Positions 25,358 through 39,469 of a stretch of 64,000 nt of DNA are shown piece by piece (position 1 is the stretch's first letter; every line of letters begins with the position of its first letter). A model generated the notes under the pieces. That model searched no databases. It saw only the letters and a program-made list of their open reading frames with translations, and had not been told where the DNA came from. The stretch covers positions 110,236,001-110,300,000 of the forward strand of contig OX597820.1 of the NCBI GenBank assembly GCA_951406725.2, given 5' to 3'. The DNA is from Octopus vulgaris. Lineage: Eukaryota. The position numbers were made by a program, and so were the translations under genes.

Positions 25358-26070
25358 ATCATCATCATCATCATCATCATCGTTTAGCGTCCATTTTCCA
25401 TGCTAGCATGGGTTGGACGGTTCTACAGGGGTCTGTGAAGCCAGAAGGCTTCATCAGGCCCAGTCAAATCTGGCAGTGTTTCTACGGCTGGATGCCCTTC
25501 CTAACGCCAACCACTCCGTGAGTATAGTGGGTGCTTTTTACGTGCCACCCGCACAGGTGCCAGACAGAGCTGGCAAACGGCCACGAACGGATGGTGCTTT
25601 TTATGTGCCACCGGCATGAGGGCCAGGCGAGGCTGGCAACGGACATGAACGGATGGTGCTTTTTACGTGCCACCGGCACGAGGCCAGTCGGGGCGGCGCT
25701 GGCAACGGTCGTGAAACGGAAGGTTCTCTTACATGCCACCGGCACTGGTAACACATCTGCAATTTCCATTGATCGATTTCGATTCTGATCCTCACTTGCC
25801 TCAACAGGTCTTCACAAGTAGAGTTTTGTGTCCCAAGAAGGGAAGGTATGCATACGTAGGCTGGCTCCATCCCATGTAGAAGGCCATGGGTTATGGACTC
25901 ACTTGTCCTGCCGGGTCTTCTCGCGCACAGTACACTTCCAGAGGTCTCGGTCTCTAGTCATTTCCTCAGTGAGACCTAAAGTTCGAAGGTCGTGCTTCAC
26001 CACCTCGTCCCAGGTTTTCCTGGGTCTGCCTCTTCCGCAGGTTCCCTCAACCGCTAGGGTGTGGCACTTA
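25358..26070 (-). mobile_element. RTE-clade LINE 3' end with (GAT)n tail and internal ~47-bp tandem repeats
   Basis: Minus strand reads ..EGTCGRGRPRKTWDEVVKHDL..; repeats ggtgctttttacgtgccaccggcac. Confidence 0.85.
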
Positions 26071-26234
26071 TATATATATATATAATATATATAACTTATA
26101 TATATATATATAATATATATAACTTAGAATAACTTAGAAAGGTTTTGGCCAGTATTGGCCCAGGCCATGTCTAACTTAATAGCACCACCTGGTGCTATAT
26201 ATATATATAATATATATATATATATAAAAAAAAA

Positions 26235-26265
<31 letters not shown>

Positions 26266-26519
26266 ATATATATATATATATAAAAAAAAAAATATATATA
26301 TATATAAAGAAAAAAGAAAAAAAACTAATATATATATATACATATAATATATATATATATATAAAAGAAAAAAAACTAATATATATATATACATATAATA
26401 TATATATATATATAAAAGAAAAAAAAACTAATATATATATATACATATATATATATATAAGATATATATATATATATAAAAGAAAAAAATATAATATATA
26501 TATACATATTATATATATG

Positions 26520-26947
26520 ATGCACCACCATTTTGTGCTACACTGTAATTATGAAGAACCTCCTCTAATATGTGGCACTTGGTGAAGAATGGAGTTTGAT
26601 ATAGCTACTCTCATTTGCACCTCTTGCCATGAGGTAGGTTCATCTGGGACTCTCAACAGGAAGATGTCCAGCTTTGATTTAAAAACCGCTACATCTACCT
26701 TGTGCAAGTTCCTCAGACTCTTTGGGAGAATATTAAAAAGCTGTGGGCCCTTGAAATCCAGGCTGTTGCAGAAGCTGATCCTGAAGCGTGATGGCATTGC
26801 TGGGATCTTTGGCACTATGCAGTGTCGTCCCGTTCTAGCATTGGTGTAGCTTACAATGCCAAAATTTGGCACAATTCCTTCTAGGATCTTCCAGACATAT
26901 ATTACTGCATACCTCTCCCGTCTTTTCTCCAGGGAGTACAGTCTTAG

Positions 26948-26950
<3 letters not shown>
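26520..26950 (-). mobile_element. CR1-group LINE 3' fragment between (TA)n tracts
   Basis: ORF 26549-26872 is collinear with the C-terminus of ORF2 at 46832. Confidence 0.88.
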
Positions 26951-26993
<43 letters not shown>

Positions 26994-26997
26994 CTAA

Positions 26998-27038
<41 letters not shown>

Positions 27039-27054
27039 TATATAATTCTCTGTC

Positions 27055-27420
27055 ACATGGTTCTGGGTTCACACCCACTGCATGGCACCTTGGGCAAGTA
27101 GTGTCTACTATAGCCCCAGGTCAACTAAAGCTTTGTGAGTGGAATTGGTACACAGAGACTGCAAGAAACTTGTTGTTTGTGTGTGTGTGTCTGTATATAT
27201 TTATATGTATCTTTGAGTTTGTCCCACCACATGGCAACTGATGTTAGTTTGTTCATATTCCTGTTACTTATCAGTTTGGCAAAAAGAAATTAATGGATAA
27301 GTACCAGGCTTAATGGAAAAAAAATAAGTACTAGGGACACTTCATTGACACTTGACTAAAACCCTTAGGTATACCCCAGTATGGCTGCAGTCCAACAACT
27401 GAGACAATAATAAAGAAATA
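27055..27420 (+). mobile_element. SINE family B copy
   Basis: Similar to 9288-9690, including the ccccagtatggctgcagtcc..ctgagacaa tail. Confidence 0.7.
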
Positions 27421-28071
27421 TGTTTCTTTATTAGCCACACAGGGCTGCACACAGATGGGACAGATTACAAAGTAGAGCTTTTCTTTTTGGGGAGGCAAAA
27501 AAAAAGTGGGGTAGGTTTTCGATCAAAAGGGGGAAAAAAAGAAAACAATAAAAAAAATTTTTTAAATGATCAATATATATATCTTTATACATACATACAT
27601 GAGTTGAATGTATATGTATGTATGTTTGTGTGTATACATATATATACAGAGAAACACATGTATACATGCATGCATATGTTTGTGTGTGTGTGTGTGTGTG
27701 TACATAGGTATGTGTGTGTATATATATATATAATTCTGTGTATGTATGAATATGTATGTATGTAGATATTCTTTTAGGCTCTAAACCTTAGTCTTTAAAG
27801 TTTTAATTGTAAATGAGCACAAAAAATTAAAGCAGAATTGATGGTACTTGACACACTTTTGCTTGTTTTGTTGCACTGCACAGGTTTTCTTTCCCACCAA
27901 CCTTTCAGTTTGTTTCATTCAGATTTTCCTCCTTACAACTTTTATCTTCCCAGTTTCCCATTTCAGTCTACTTACACATCTCATTTATAAAATATAAAGC
28001 TACCTCAGATTTTTGCTCTCTATATGTGTAACTCTCACGCGCATTTACGCACACATACATATACGTATATG

Positions 28072-31000
28072 CAGAGGTTAGACAAAATAATGGAAATACC
28101 ACTTTTTATTTAACTTTTATTTTTCTATCAGCAATATGACAAATCTAAACTGTTCTAGTCTGTATATGTGTCTTCATAACCTTTATGTATGCCTTCTACT
28201 TCATGATATAGCCATCTGTTTGTTGTGTATTGCAGATGTTTATATTTAAATAGCTTAAAATGCATGATTTGCCCAGATTTACAAAAAGGATAAATTGTTG
28301 GAGCATGGATGGCTGCAGTTTCTGTCATTAAAACTGTTTAATGTTTCAAGAAGTAGTCTCTAGTGTCATGTTGTCATTCCTAGACCAAGATAACAAGCTC
28401 TGGCAAGCATAATTCTGGACAGAAGGTCACAGACAGGACTATTATAAAGCGGTCTTTTACCACTATTGTGTCTGTCTTTGTACAATGGTTGTCGCTCTGA
28501 CAGATATTGTTATATTTCGAAGTCGTTAATGGGATGTTTCTATCTGGCACTGTACAACCTCCAGTATAACAGCATTATTATCCTCAAAAGGTTGGATTGT
28601 TATAACACTCACTTGGTATTGTAATATAATTACTAGATCAGTACAGACATGATTATCTATTGACCGCCCACTATGAACTCTCTCGATACTGGCTGCTGTC
28701 TCCTTACTTATAGTGACTGGTTCATCACGTGGGAGGGGTGTACCATTTTTACTAATTTCCTACAACATCTCTCCTTTTAAGTTTTTCTTGGGAAGTGTCA
28801 TCTTATTTAGTGATATTTCTTTTTATTGACCCCATCTCCCTTTTTTTAAATTTTTTCATACAATTTATCTTAGCCTTTTTCATTTGACCTTGAAATGTTA
28901 CGTTATATACGCATTCACCGATAAAATATAATCTTTTTCTAGTATCACCATGTGCTACTTTTTTAGATTTAATTAATTTCAGCTTACTGACATATTTCCA
29001 CATTTTTTCGTTTATAATAGTCATGTCACTACCTGTGTTGAACTTTAATTTTACACCAGTATTTTTAATTTTCACATGTATGAATTTTCTGTGCATTGTA
29101 TTACCAGTTTCTTCTGATGACATACTATTTTCTTTTTTCTTATTGTTCTGACATTTTATTGTCTTTGTTCTACTTTATATGTCTTACATTTACACAATAA
29201 AAACATTCTGCTTTTTTAAATGAGCAATATTTCCTCGGGTGCATATCACCATATGCAAAACATGGGTTTAAATCTTGATGTTTGTCATGTTTTTAGAAAA
29301 CACTTCATCTCTATTCAGACTATTCTGCACTGGTTTTACTTGGAAACAATCTTTATGTTCAATTTCCTCTGTGTTGTGTCTTAATTTAAGTACCCTTTCT
29401 CATTCTTCAGACACTTTTTGTAGGGCTTTACTCCAGCTTTGCAAGAATTCTAGTTCTGACATCTGTATTCTTTTCAGCAGTTAGTCCCTGTGTAAAAATC
29501 AGGCATTTGAACATATCTGGAGTTAATTCATCCAGCTTAAACTTCTCACATTTCCTGTTTTACTCTACCAGCATATGTGATAAAGTCTTCATTGTTGTTT
29601 TTCTCTATGTTTAGACACTTCCAACATGTGTTGAACAATGAGCTTTGTTCACTGAAAGTTTTACACAATATATCTATTGCGTCATTAAAGTTTACATCTG
29701 AAGGTTTTCTTGGGAGTAGAAAATTACTGTATCATTTATATTCTGTTGGTGCCAGTTTTTTCAAGATTAAGCAAGTTTTCATCTTGTTGTCCCAATCTTT
29801 GCAGTCTTTTTTTGAACATTTGCTCATGTCTTCTGTAGTATGCTCTGAAAGTAACTCCATCATCAGGTTCATATTTGAATTCAGTTATTGAATTCATGAC
29901 GTAGTCTGGTAAGAACACTTTTCTGACTTTTTTGATAACTTCAATAATTGCAGCATTTGTTGCTGTAATATCAATTGTTGCTTTTGCAGTTGTATCTGCT
30001 ATTGTTATTGTTCTTTCAACTGTTGTTGTTGCTGCTTTTGCAACTCAACCAAACTGGCCATAGTTTTACAATTTTTCATAAAATTTTGCAACAAAAAACT
30101 TTGTGAGTTTCTTAACTCCTCTACAAGTTTCTGTTAACTCCACGTGAATTGTCACCACTGTTATAAAGTGGTCTTTTGCCACTGTTGTATATGTCTTTGT
30201 ACAATGGTTGACACTCTGACAGATATTGTTATATTCCGAAGTCATCAATAGGATGTTGCTATCTGGCACTGTACGACCCCCAGTATAACAGTGTTATTAT
30301 CTTCAAGAGGTTGGATTGTTACAACACCCACTTGGTATCATAGTATAATTACTAGATCAGTACAGACACGACTATCCCTTGACTGCCCATTATGTACTCT
30401 CTCAATACTGGCTGATGTCACCTTACTTGTTGTGACTGGTTCTACCCACTCGTCATATGGGAGAGGTGTACCTTTATTACTAATTCCTTACAACAGGGAC
30501 AATTAAAAAGTGAAAGGTGTTGCGTCTAAAAGCAATTGAACTATGGCACTAAAAATGACAGTAGAGCTAAACCACCATCTTTGCCAACTCTGTGTCAACC
30601 AAAGCCATTCATTGTGAGTTTCATAAAGCTGGAATTTATGGGAGGCTGCAACTGCTAAACATTGCCTATCTCTTGATAAACAGAAAAAATGGTATCTAGA
30701 GAATCAGTTGTTATGCATAACTTGGTGGAACAGTGCCATCTTTGTTGAATCATCTGTCACTCCTTTTGTCATTTTGGGGTGAGTTTATGTCTGGAGATAG
30801 CCCCCAAAAATCTTCAACCACGACTGTTTAGCCCTACAATGAAGCATGGAAGTGGCTCTGATGATTTTGGCAGATATATCATGAAATTCTCTTAGCACTT
30901 TAGTTTTGCATGGAAGAGTTAAGGTGTCAAGGATTAATCTGAGTATTTGGGCTGATCATATCCATCATACCATATAAATATTGTCTTCTGAAGGTAGCAC

Positions 31001-31367
31001 AATCTTTGAGAATGGTAATATGCTAATTCACTTGGCTAATGTTATTCAAATTTAGTATATGAGCCTAAAAGTGAAGCAGGCAACTTGGATTGGCCTCCAC
31101 AATCACTGGATCTCAATAGAATCAAACATTTATGGTGCATAGTGGAGCAGTGAAAAGGAACTACAATCCCTCCACCATTGTCTCTGAAAGATCTAAAGCA
31201 AGTGTTATTTGAAAAATGGCTCAAAATTACCCCAACAACTGTTCAGAATTTTTATGAGTCAATTCCTCAACATATTAAAGCTGTGATTGCTGCCAAAGGT
31301 GCAACTCTGTGTTAGATGATAAAATTTTCACTTAATGAGATGTTTCCATAATTTTGTCCAACCCTTG
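28072..31367 (+). mobile_element. Degenerate Tc1-like transposon interrupted by an LTR element
   Basis: TIRs cagaggttagacaaaataatggaaa / tttccataattttgtccaacccttg; LDWPPQSLDLNRIKHLW near 31085. Confidence 0.8.
28440..30495 (-). mobile_element. Internally deleted Ty3/Gypsy LTR retrotransposon (LTRs 28440-28767 and 30159-30495)
   Basis: Paired ~330-bp LTRs ending ...caaca; near-TSD aggac/gggac; minus-strand PBS tggtgacaa and PPT aaaaggagaga; gag (FKYEPDDGVTFRAYYRR) and protease (FNTGSDMTII) remnants; no RT or IN. Confidence 0.9.
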
Positions 31368-31494
31368 TGCACATATATTTATATTTATATGTGGTGTGCT
31401 TCCCAACCACATAGTTCCATTCCCCTATATGGCACCTTGGGCAAGTAAGTGAATAAAATAATATTGCAAAATTCCAGTTTCCTTTGGGTACACC

Positions 31495-31542
<48 letters not shown>

Positions 31543-31692
31543 TGTGTATGTGTACACCAGATTAAACTGACACTTCTTTGATCAGCCCAGACCTATAGTA
31601 GAAGATACTTGTCCAAGTTACATAGTTACATAGTTGGGCAGCAATCTTCTTAACAGCATAGACATACTAGCATGCATGCATGCATACATACA

Positions 31693-31726
<34 letters not shown>

Positions 31727-34640
31727 CATACATACATACGATCAAAACATTTTGATTCAAACACCTTGGTACTCTGAGTTTCAAACTTAATACTAGTCTT
31801 TAGCCATATGAATTTGAATGAAGAAAGTCAAATGTTTATTACCGTACATTAGCCTGTGATTGATCAAAAAAAGTCACATGGTTGGTGGGGGGAAGTAGGA
31901 AGGGGTGGTAGATGTGCGAATATATAGACATGTGTGTGTCTATACATGTGCTTATATATCTGTGTGTACATGTCTGTATCTATGTGAGTGTGTGCATGTA
32001 TGTATAGGCGTACATTCACACATATGCATGCACACACACACACCTGTACACACACACAGATATACGTATTCATATATATATATATACACATACACAAAAA
32101 CACACACATGCATGTACGTATTTACCCTTGTCTATACTAGCAGAAAGACCACCCACCAGGCAGTTTTCTGCTAGCCCCTTGACAATATTTTCACATTTGA
32201 TTCTAATTTCTATTAATTTTTATATTTTATATCTAATTATTTCTTTGTATAATAGTGCTCACTTACTTAGTAAATATTGCTTTCATTATTTTATTATAGT
32301 CATAATCTCTCTTTCTAAAACAAACATCACGGTAGTCCAACAACAGAGGGAGAAGTAGTTTGTCAAGTTTTACCTTCCCCTCAAAGCAACATAGAGATTT
32401 CAACTCCGCAACACATCTGTAAGCTTTGTAGTGTGTGTGTGTGTGAGAGAGAGAACATTGCAAACAATGAATGGAATAAATATGAAATGAAAAAAATCAT
32501 ATAAGTAAAAGGGCATTACTACAAATGTATATGCCCCCAACTTTGTTGCCTCATAACATCCAGAAAAATGTATATTTTTAAACAAAATTTTAACAAATAC
32601 TGCTTAGATGTTGTAGCTCCAGAGTATATAGAGATTTATGGGAAAGAATTTTTGCAAGCGGTTAGAGAAAGAAGTTTCAAAAAATTCACACCATCTGACT
32701 TTTTCCCCACATAACTTTCAGGAAGATGGGTATCTTTTAATGAGAATTTATACAAATCCCTTTCAAACGGCGTAGATTACGAATATAAAGAAATTTGTGG
32801 GGAAAACTTTTTCAGGGATTTTCCCCATTATTTTTAAACCACAGCTTTCGAAATGATGGGGTTGAGGACATCTTTGTATGAAAAAAGGTTTGAAAATGTT
32901 TTTTTTACACCCCCCCCCCCAATCATCCCACTCTGAACCTATTTTGGCCAATTTTTTTTTGCACTTCAAACCCATGGGAAGAGCATTTTCAATAAGAAAA
33001 TCAAATAAAGTTGCTAATATTTCGAAAGGGAAAAGCGAGTGATTTAAGGGCGATTTGGCTGTTGTTTCTAGCATATCCAAAGACACCCCTCCTCGTTTCT
33101 TTATCACTCTCGCATGTATTGATGTTTTTCAATATTTTTTCCCCCATAAATACATTTATATGCTATAAGAAAGAAAATTGGAGAAATTATGAATTTTTTG
33201 CAACCCGATTGTTTCTGTTTAGAAATTAAAATATTGGAGAGCCTGTGAAGGTCCTTGCTGGCATTTATCCACCGTGATTTAAAAAAATTATGGAGAGGTA
33301 CTTGCATAGCAAGTGACTTGATCTGAGATCATGTGCTGAAACAAAAACAATTGTTGAGTGGAAGATGTTTGTAAACCATTCAAGAACACACAAATACCAT
33401 TAGTTTCATTTCAACATTAAAACTTCATTTGTGTCAAAATATTTTCGCTGCTTTGAAATCATATTCAAAAATTCACAAAGTGATGCAGCACAAAGTTTTG
33501 TCAGTGAACAGCACGCATGTATGCACATGCACACACACACACACACCCTTTCATTTGTGTGTATGTGTATGTATGTGCACGAGTGTGTATTGGTGTGTGT
33601 GTTTGTGTGTATGTCACTGTTGAAGTTGTGTTTGGAAACTGTGAATAAGGTGCAAGTTTCAAGTACTTGTCAGTAACTTTTTGTTTTTTTTCTCCTCGTC
33701 TTCTAATAGTAATTACCCAACTTTCTAAGCTCTTCTCACAGCTATCCCGCATTCAAAATTTATACAGGTATTTAAAAAAATTTTTATTCAATAAATAATT
33801 TTTTTACATTATGTATACATTAATAGTGAATTAAAACTTAAAAGAGAAAGTAAGAGACTCTGCAAATGAAAATGAAATATTCCGCAGTGAATGCAATGAA
33901 TATTTAAATTCGTGAGAAATTGAAGTTAAAAAAATTCAATAAACTTGAGAAATCGAAATTATAGGAAATTTCTTAGAACATGAATTTATAAAGATATCTC
34001 CAGACGGTCAACCCTCTAGTAATTGTTTTCTTTTAGCATTTTTAGTAATTGTTACGTACTTAATTAATAAGCAGCTTTCTCCATTATAGTATAGATACAC
34101 ATATGAGTATATGCATATGCGTGTGCATGAACATATACACGAACACACATGGGTGCACATATCTGTGTGTATGCATACAGTGTTCAGCTGTACACATGTG
34201 TGCACACATGCACACACATGTATATATACTTGTGTGGTTATGTACGAGGGATGAGTGTATGCAGATAGATAGGAATGCAGAATCATTGGAGATTGGTGAT
34301 TTGCAGTGCTGCTCATGGGTACCTGAAGGGTACACCTCTAGTGGCAACAATAGGATAGATTGTATTTCTTGTTGATGGATACTGCAGATTGGTAGATGAC
34401 TTGCAGTTTTTTGTGGAGGCAGAGCTGGTGAATATGGTGACACCCTGTCAATAATAGTCCACTTGTTGCTGGGTGTTTCATCTTGGAGGTCATGGAGTCT
34501 CTAGAGAAACCACGACAGGAAAGTGGAGTTCTCTCTATTCCTGAATCTGAATGAGTGCATGTGCTTTGAGTACCTTCCCTTGAAATCATTGGCTATCTCT
34601 CTCTCTATCTATTTATATATATTTATAGGTCCATGTCAGC

Positions 34641-34866
34641 AAGGCGGTGAGCTGGCAGAATCGTTAGCATGCCAAGCGAAATGCTTAGCGGTATTTCGTC
34701 TGCTGCTATGTTCTGAGTTCAAATTCCGCAGAGGTCGACTTTGTCTTTCATCCTTTCGGAGTTGATTAAATAATTACCATTCATGCACTGGGGTCGATAT
34801 AATCAACTTAATCCATTTGTCCTTGTTTGTCCTCTCTGTGTTTAGCCCCTTGTGGGATGTAAAAAA
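34641..34866 (+). mobile_element. SINE family A with intact 16-bp target-site duplication
   Basis: ataggtccatgtcagc at 34625-34640 and 34867-34882; A-rich tail. Confidence 0.9.
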
Positions 34867-35904
34867 ATAGGTCCATGTCAGCCAATTTTAACAGTCAGTT
34901 TCTTGCATAAGAGTTTGAGAAAAATTCAATCTCAATACTTGTTAGAAGGGCTGCTAGGAAGAGAATGCTAATAGTTCTTTTCCACTGGGGGTCAGGAAAT
35001 GCTGCATCCAGTTTGTGAATGTTGTGGAAAGCTTGAACAAAAATAACTAGTGTGTGAAATTCACATGGGAATTTGTTCTAGAGTTATGTCCTTTGGACAG
35101 GGGTCGGATAGTACCTTAATGGTGTAAGGGGTAAATACTAACAGAATGTGGGTGTGGCAGGAGTGCAGGTGGGAAGGAATTGATGGAAAGTGGGTGGGTG
35201 GGAGGTCAATCTTAAAATCATGTGTAGACATGTACATGCATGTGTATGTTTATTTTTGTATATAATAAGTTGTGTGTCAAACCTTGTGCTGAACCCTCAG
35301 ATTGTGATGGTGGGAGCTGAACCCTCAGTACGGATGATGGGAGCTCTAACATTATTCATGTTTAACAAAGTGGTAGCATAGGCATAAAAACAATAGATTT
35401 TACAAATAGGCATAAGAAACAATGGATTTTGGAACAAAGCCAATAATTTCAGGAGAAGGGTATGTCAATTATATTAACCATAGTCCTCAACTGGTTTTTA
35501 TTTTATTGACCCTGAAAAGATGAAAGGCAAAGTCAACTTCTGTGTAATTTGAACTCAGAACAGAAAGACAGACAAAATGCTGTTAAGCATTTTGCATGGC
35601 ATGCTCATGATTTTGCTAACTCACCACCTTAGATTTTATATGTATTATTTCCATGTTCATTGTGGTGCTGACACCTGCACCAATTACATCTTTATCACTG
35701 TGCATTGTGTTACTTAGAGAAACATTCTATAACAGTGTCCTCTTCATATTCAGCTCAAATCTTTCATATACCTTTAATTTCCCTATGTACATCATTGAAA
35801 TTAATTATTTACAAATAACAACTAAGAAATAAAATGTCTCCCTTAGATGAGTGTAAAAGATGATTGAAAAGTAATGAAAGAAATCCTCGTTGTTACAGAC
35901 TGTA

Positions 35905-36077
35905 ACAAGACTGGACAGAATTGACCCCAGGACTCCTTTTTAATGCCCGGTACTTATTCTATCGATCCCTATTGTCGAACCACTAAATTACAGGAACATA
36001 AACGCACCAACACTGGTTGTCAAGCAGTGGTGGGGGACAAACATGGTCACAAAGACACACACACACACATGTATGTA

Positions 36078-36122
<45 letters not shown>

Positions 36123-36275
36123 CAAACTTCTTTTAGCTTTCATCTACCGGATCCATTCACAAGGCTTTGGTCAGCCTGTGGCTATAGTAGAATACACTTG
36201 CCCGAGGTGCCACACAGTGGGCCTGAACCCAGAACTATTTGGTTAGGAAGCAAACTTCTTACTGCACAGCCACTT
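35905..36275 (-). mobile_element. SINE family B copy
   Basis: Reverse complement of the 9288-type head and body. Confidence 0.7.
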
Positions 36276-37369
36276 CTTTTATCATAAGACTAAATGGCAG
36301 GCAAATTCAAAGTGCCTCTGTTGTCTATTGTTCTCAGCAGGTTAACAATCCCCAAAATTTTAACAATGATTGGGGCTGTTGCCATCTGTCATTTACAATG
36401 TCTCCAAGCTTTAACAAAAATATTTCTTCATTTATTTTAGACCCTCCATCATCACTATCTCTGACTGCAAGTTGACTTAGAGAGAGTGTGTGTGTGTGTG
36501 TGTGCACATGCAAGGAATGTGGCACAAATGATTCTAAAGATCCAGTCATTAATTATGCAGTTGTTCTAGTAATACAAAACAAAAGCAAAAAAACAAAGAT
36601 AGCTTGATCAGTCATTACCTATTGCCATGTCTCATACAGAGCACTAGAATACCAAAGATAGAGCAAAATACCATTTCATTAAAACTGAAAAATTTCACTA
36701 ACTGTTGCCCAGTTTTATGTGACTGTCAGATGGTTGTGACAACTGTTTGACAACTGTCACGGGGAAACTCTCGTAACAATTTGTGAAGTTTTTTCTGCTT
36801 TAATAAAATAGTATATATGTGTTCAAGTGTTACATCAGTCCTCTACATGACCTGCAGGTTTTTTGAAAGTGGTCATCCGAAATGAAATTCCAATAGTTCA
36901 TGTGTACCTTACCTGCATGAAGTGCTGGTGCAATCTCATACCAACATGTGATATACGTATGTATATTTTGTGCATAAGGAACATTTAAAATAACGAATAA
37001 GAAACACATGCCAAAATAGACAGTAGCATAGGGTAGTTTTTCTACCTAGCCACCTCCTGTGAACCGTCCTACCCATGCATGCATGGAAGATGGTCATTAA
37101 ACAATGATGATGATGTCGATGATATATCATCGACATCATTAATATATATATATATATCATCGGCATCATCATTGTCTCATCATTCAGTGGCCATTTTGTA
37201 TGCTGGCAGTGGTTGGATGGTTTGACAGGATCAGCTACAGGGACATGCTGAGCTTCTTTATCAGTTTTGGCATGGTTTCTACAGCTGGATGCCCTTCCTA
37301 ATACCAACTACTTTACAGAGTGTACTGGGTGATTTTTTTCAATCCACCAGCACTAGTGTGGTTGCCAAG

Positions 37370-39018
37370 TATGACATAGATCTGCTATTCATGCAAGTGC
37401 TTCTTCATGTACTGTGTTTTCTGCCTTGCCACATTTATCACTGAGAATGTAGTGGTTCTTTTCATCTCCAACTCTGGAACATCCAACATACAGCTGACTA
37501 TGTGAGAAGCAAGGTTGAAGGAGGTTAAGTCCCACCACCTTTAGAAATTGACCTTGTGCTTTGTTGATAGACATTGCAAAGCTAAGTTTGATAGGAAACT
37601 GCAGTCTCTTGGACTGAAAGAGGAGATCATTTGAGATGATAGGTATCCTTGGAATGAAGACATTCTCACCTATCATGTTGCCATGATGGAGAAGAGGTTT
37701 CTCAGCTGCAATGGAGACATGCACATTTGTGCCTCTGTCAGAATGGCATCCCAGTGTGCCTCATCTTCCAGACGACCTCTGAGATGGCAAGCCTGGCGAT
37801 ATGTCTTGCATACTGTGTTATCAACCACACGTAAGGCTGTAAATGATGTGGGTCCCTTGACAAGGCCTTAGATAGTAGCACTCAGAGTATTTGGGACAGA
37901 CAACATAGACTCTGCCATGTGTGTCTGATTTCTTGATTCCCAGATGATGTGGGTGCTCCAAGTGCACATCTTTTCCATTTGTTTTGGTACCAGGTATAGA
38001 ATTGTGGAACTTTATTGTATAGCACTCTTGTAGCAAATCGATCATCTTGACAGAGCTTGAAGAATGCTATGAGTGTGGTATTTTTGAGAGCTTCCATTTG
38101 TAGTTGGACTGTGTCTGTCAGCGTGCTGTCTCCTTAGTCAAGATGGCTTTTTCTTTATCACCTCTTTTTCCTTCATCCTCTTTTTTTCTTGTCTTGCAAG
38201 AAAAAAAGAGGATGAAGGAAAAAGAGGTGATAAAGAAAAAGCCATCTTGACTAAGGAGACAGCACGCTGACAGACACAGTCCAACTACAAATGGAAGCTC
38301 TCAAAAATACCACACTCATAGCATTCTTCAAGCTCTGTCAAGATGATCGATTTGCTACAAGAGTGCTATACAATAAAGTTCCACAATTCTATACCTGGTA
38401 CCAAAACAAATGGAAAAGATGTGCACTTGGAGCACCCACATCATCTGGGAATCAAGAAATCAGACACACATGGCAGAGTCTATGTTGTCTGTCCCAAATA
38501 CTCTGAGTGCTACTATCTAAGGCCTTGTCAAGGGACCCACATCATTTACAGCCTTACGTGTGGTTGATAACACAGTATGCAAGACATATCGCCAGGCTTG
38601 CCATCTCAGAGGTCGTCTGGAAGATGAGGCACACTGGGATGCCATTCTGACAGAGGCACAAATGTGCATGTCTCCATTGCAGCTGAGAAACCTCTTCTCC
38701 ATCATGGCAACATGATAGGTGAGAATGTCTTCATTCCAAGGATACCTATCATCTCAAATGATCTCCTCTTTCAGTTCAAGAGACTGCAGTTTCCTATCAA
38801 ACTTAGCTTTGCAATGTCTATCAACAAAGCACAAGGTCAATTTCTAAAGGTGGTGGGACTTAACCTCCTTCAACCTTGCTTCTCACATAGTCAGCTGTAT
38901 GTTGGATGTTCCAGAGTTGGAGATGAAAAGAACCACTACATTCTCAGTGATAAATGTGGCAAGGCAGAAAACACAGTACATGAAGAAGCACTTGCATGAA
39001 TAGCAGATCTATGTCATA
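37370..39018. repeat. Giant palindrome: 822-bp arms (37370-38191 / 38197-39018), 5-bp spacer
   Basis: Mirror ORFs all sum to coordinate 76388; one substitution seen (QSKRL vs QFKRL). Confidence 0.97.
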
Positions 39019-39437
39019 TACAGAAGTGTAAAACCATTGAGTGTTGAAGTATTATTATTACACTTTCACTTTTTGACTGATGTGTGAATGTATATCTGTG
39101 TACATAAAAATGAAACAATAACGTGATATATTCACTGTGTGTGTGTGTGTGTATGTGTGTGTGTGTACTCTATGCCTTTCATTGTTTATAATCTGTACCT
39201 GTTTTTGGGTTATGAAATAAGTTAGACAAATGTGTATTTACTTTATATATATCAGTTGAAAACTTTCTTTTCACATTACACTTAGCATTTATGTTCCATG
39301 TTGGCATGGGTTGCAGAGTTATGTAGAAAGTTAGTATCTCAGCTAATAGCTGCTGAGACCTGTATAAGGTAGACCATGTTTTTAAATTTCATTATTTTCT
39401 TTAACCTGGGTTTTCTTTAGCCAGGTTTTTCTGCTAG
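38197..39437 (+). mobile_element. Internally deleted Helitron (PIF1-like helicase remnant) with canonical 3' end
   Basis: RLQFPIKLSFAMSINKAQGQ...CFSHSQLYVGCSRV helicase motifs; hairpin aacctgg/ccaggtt (39403-39427) then CTAG|T at 39434-39438. Confidence 0.85.

Positions 39438-39469
<32 letters not shown>

Noticed and set aside
38664-38999. Host PIF1 gene
   Set aside because: Fragmentary and internally deleted, with a Helitron 3' terminus downstream.
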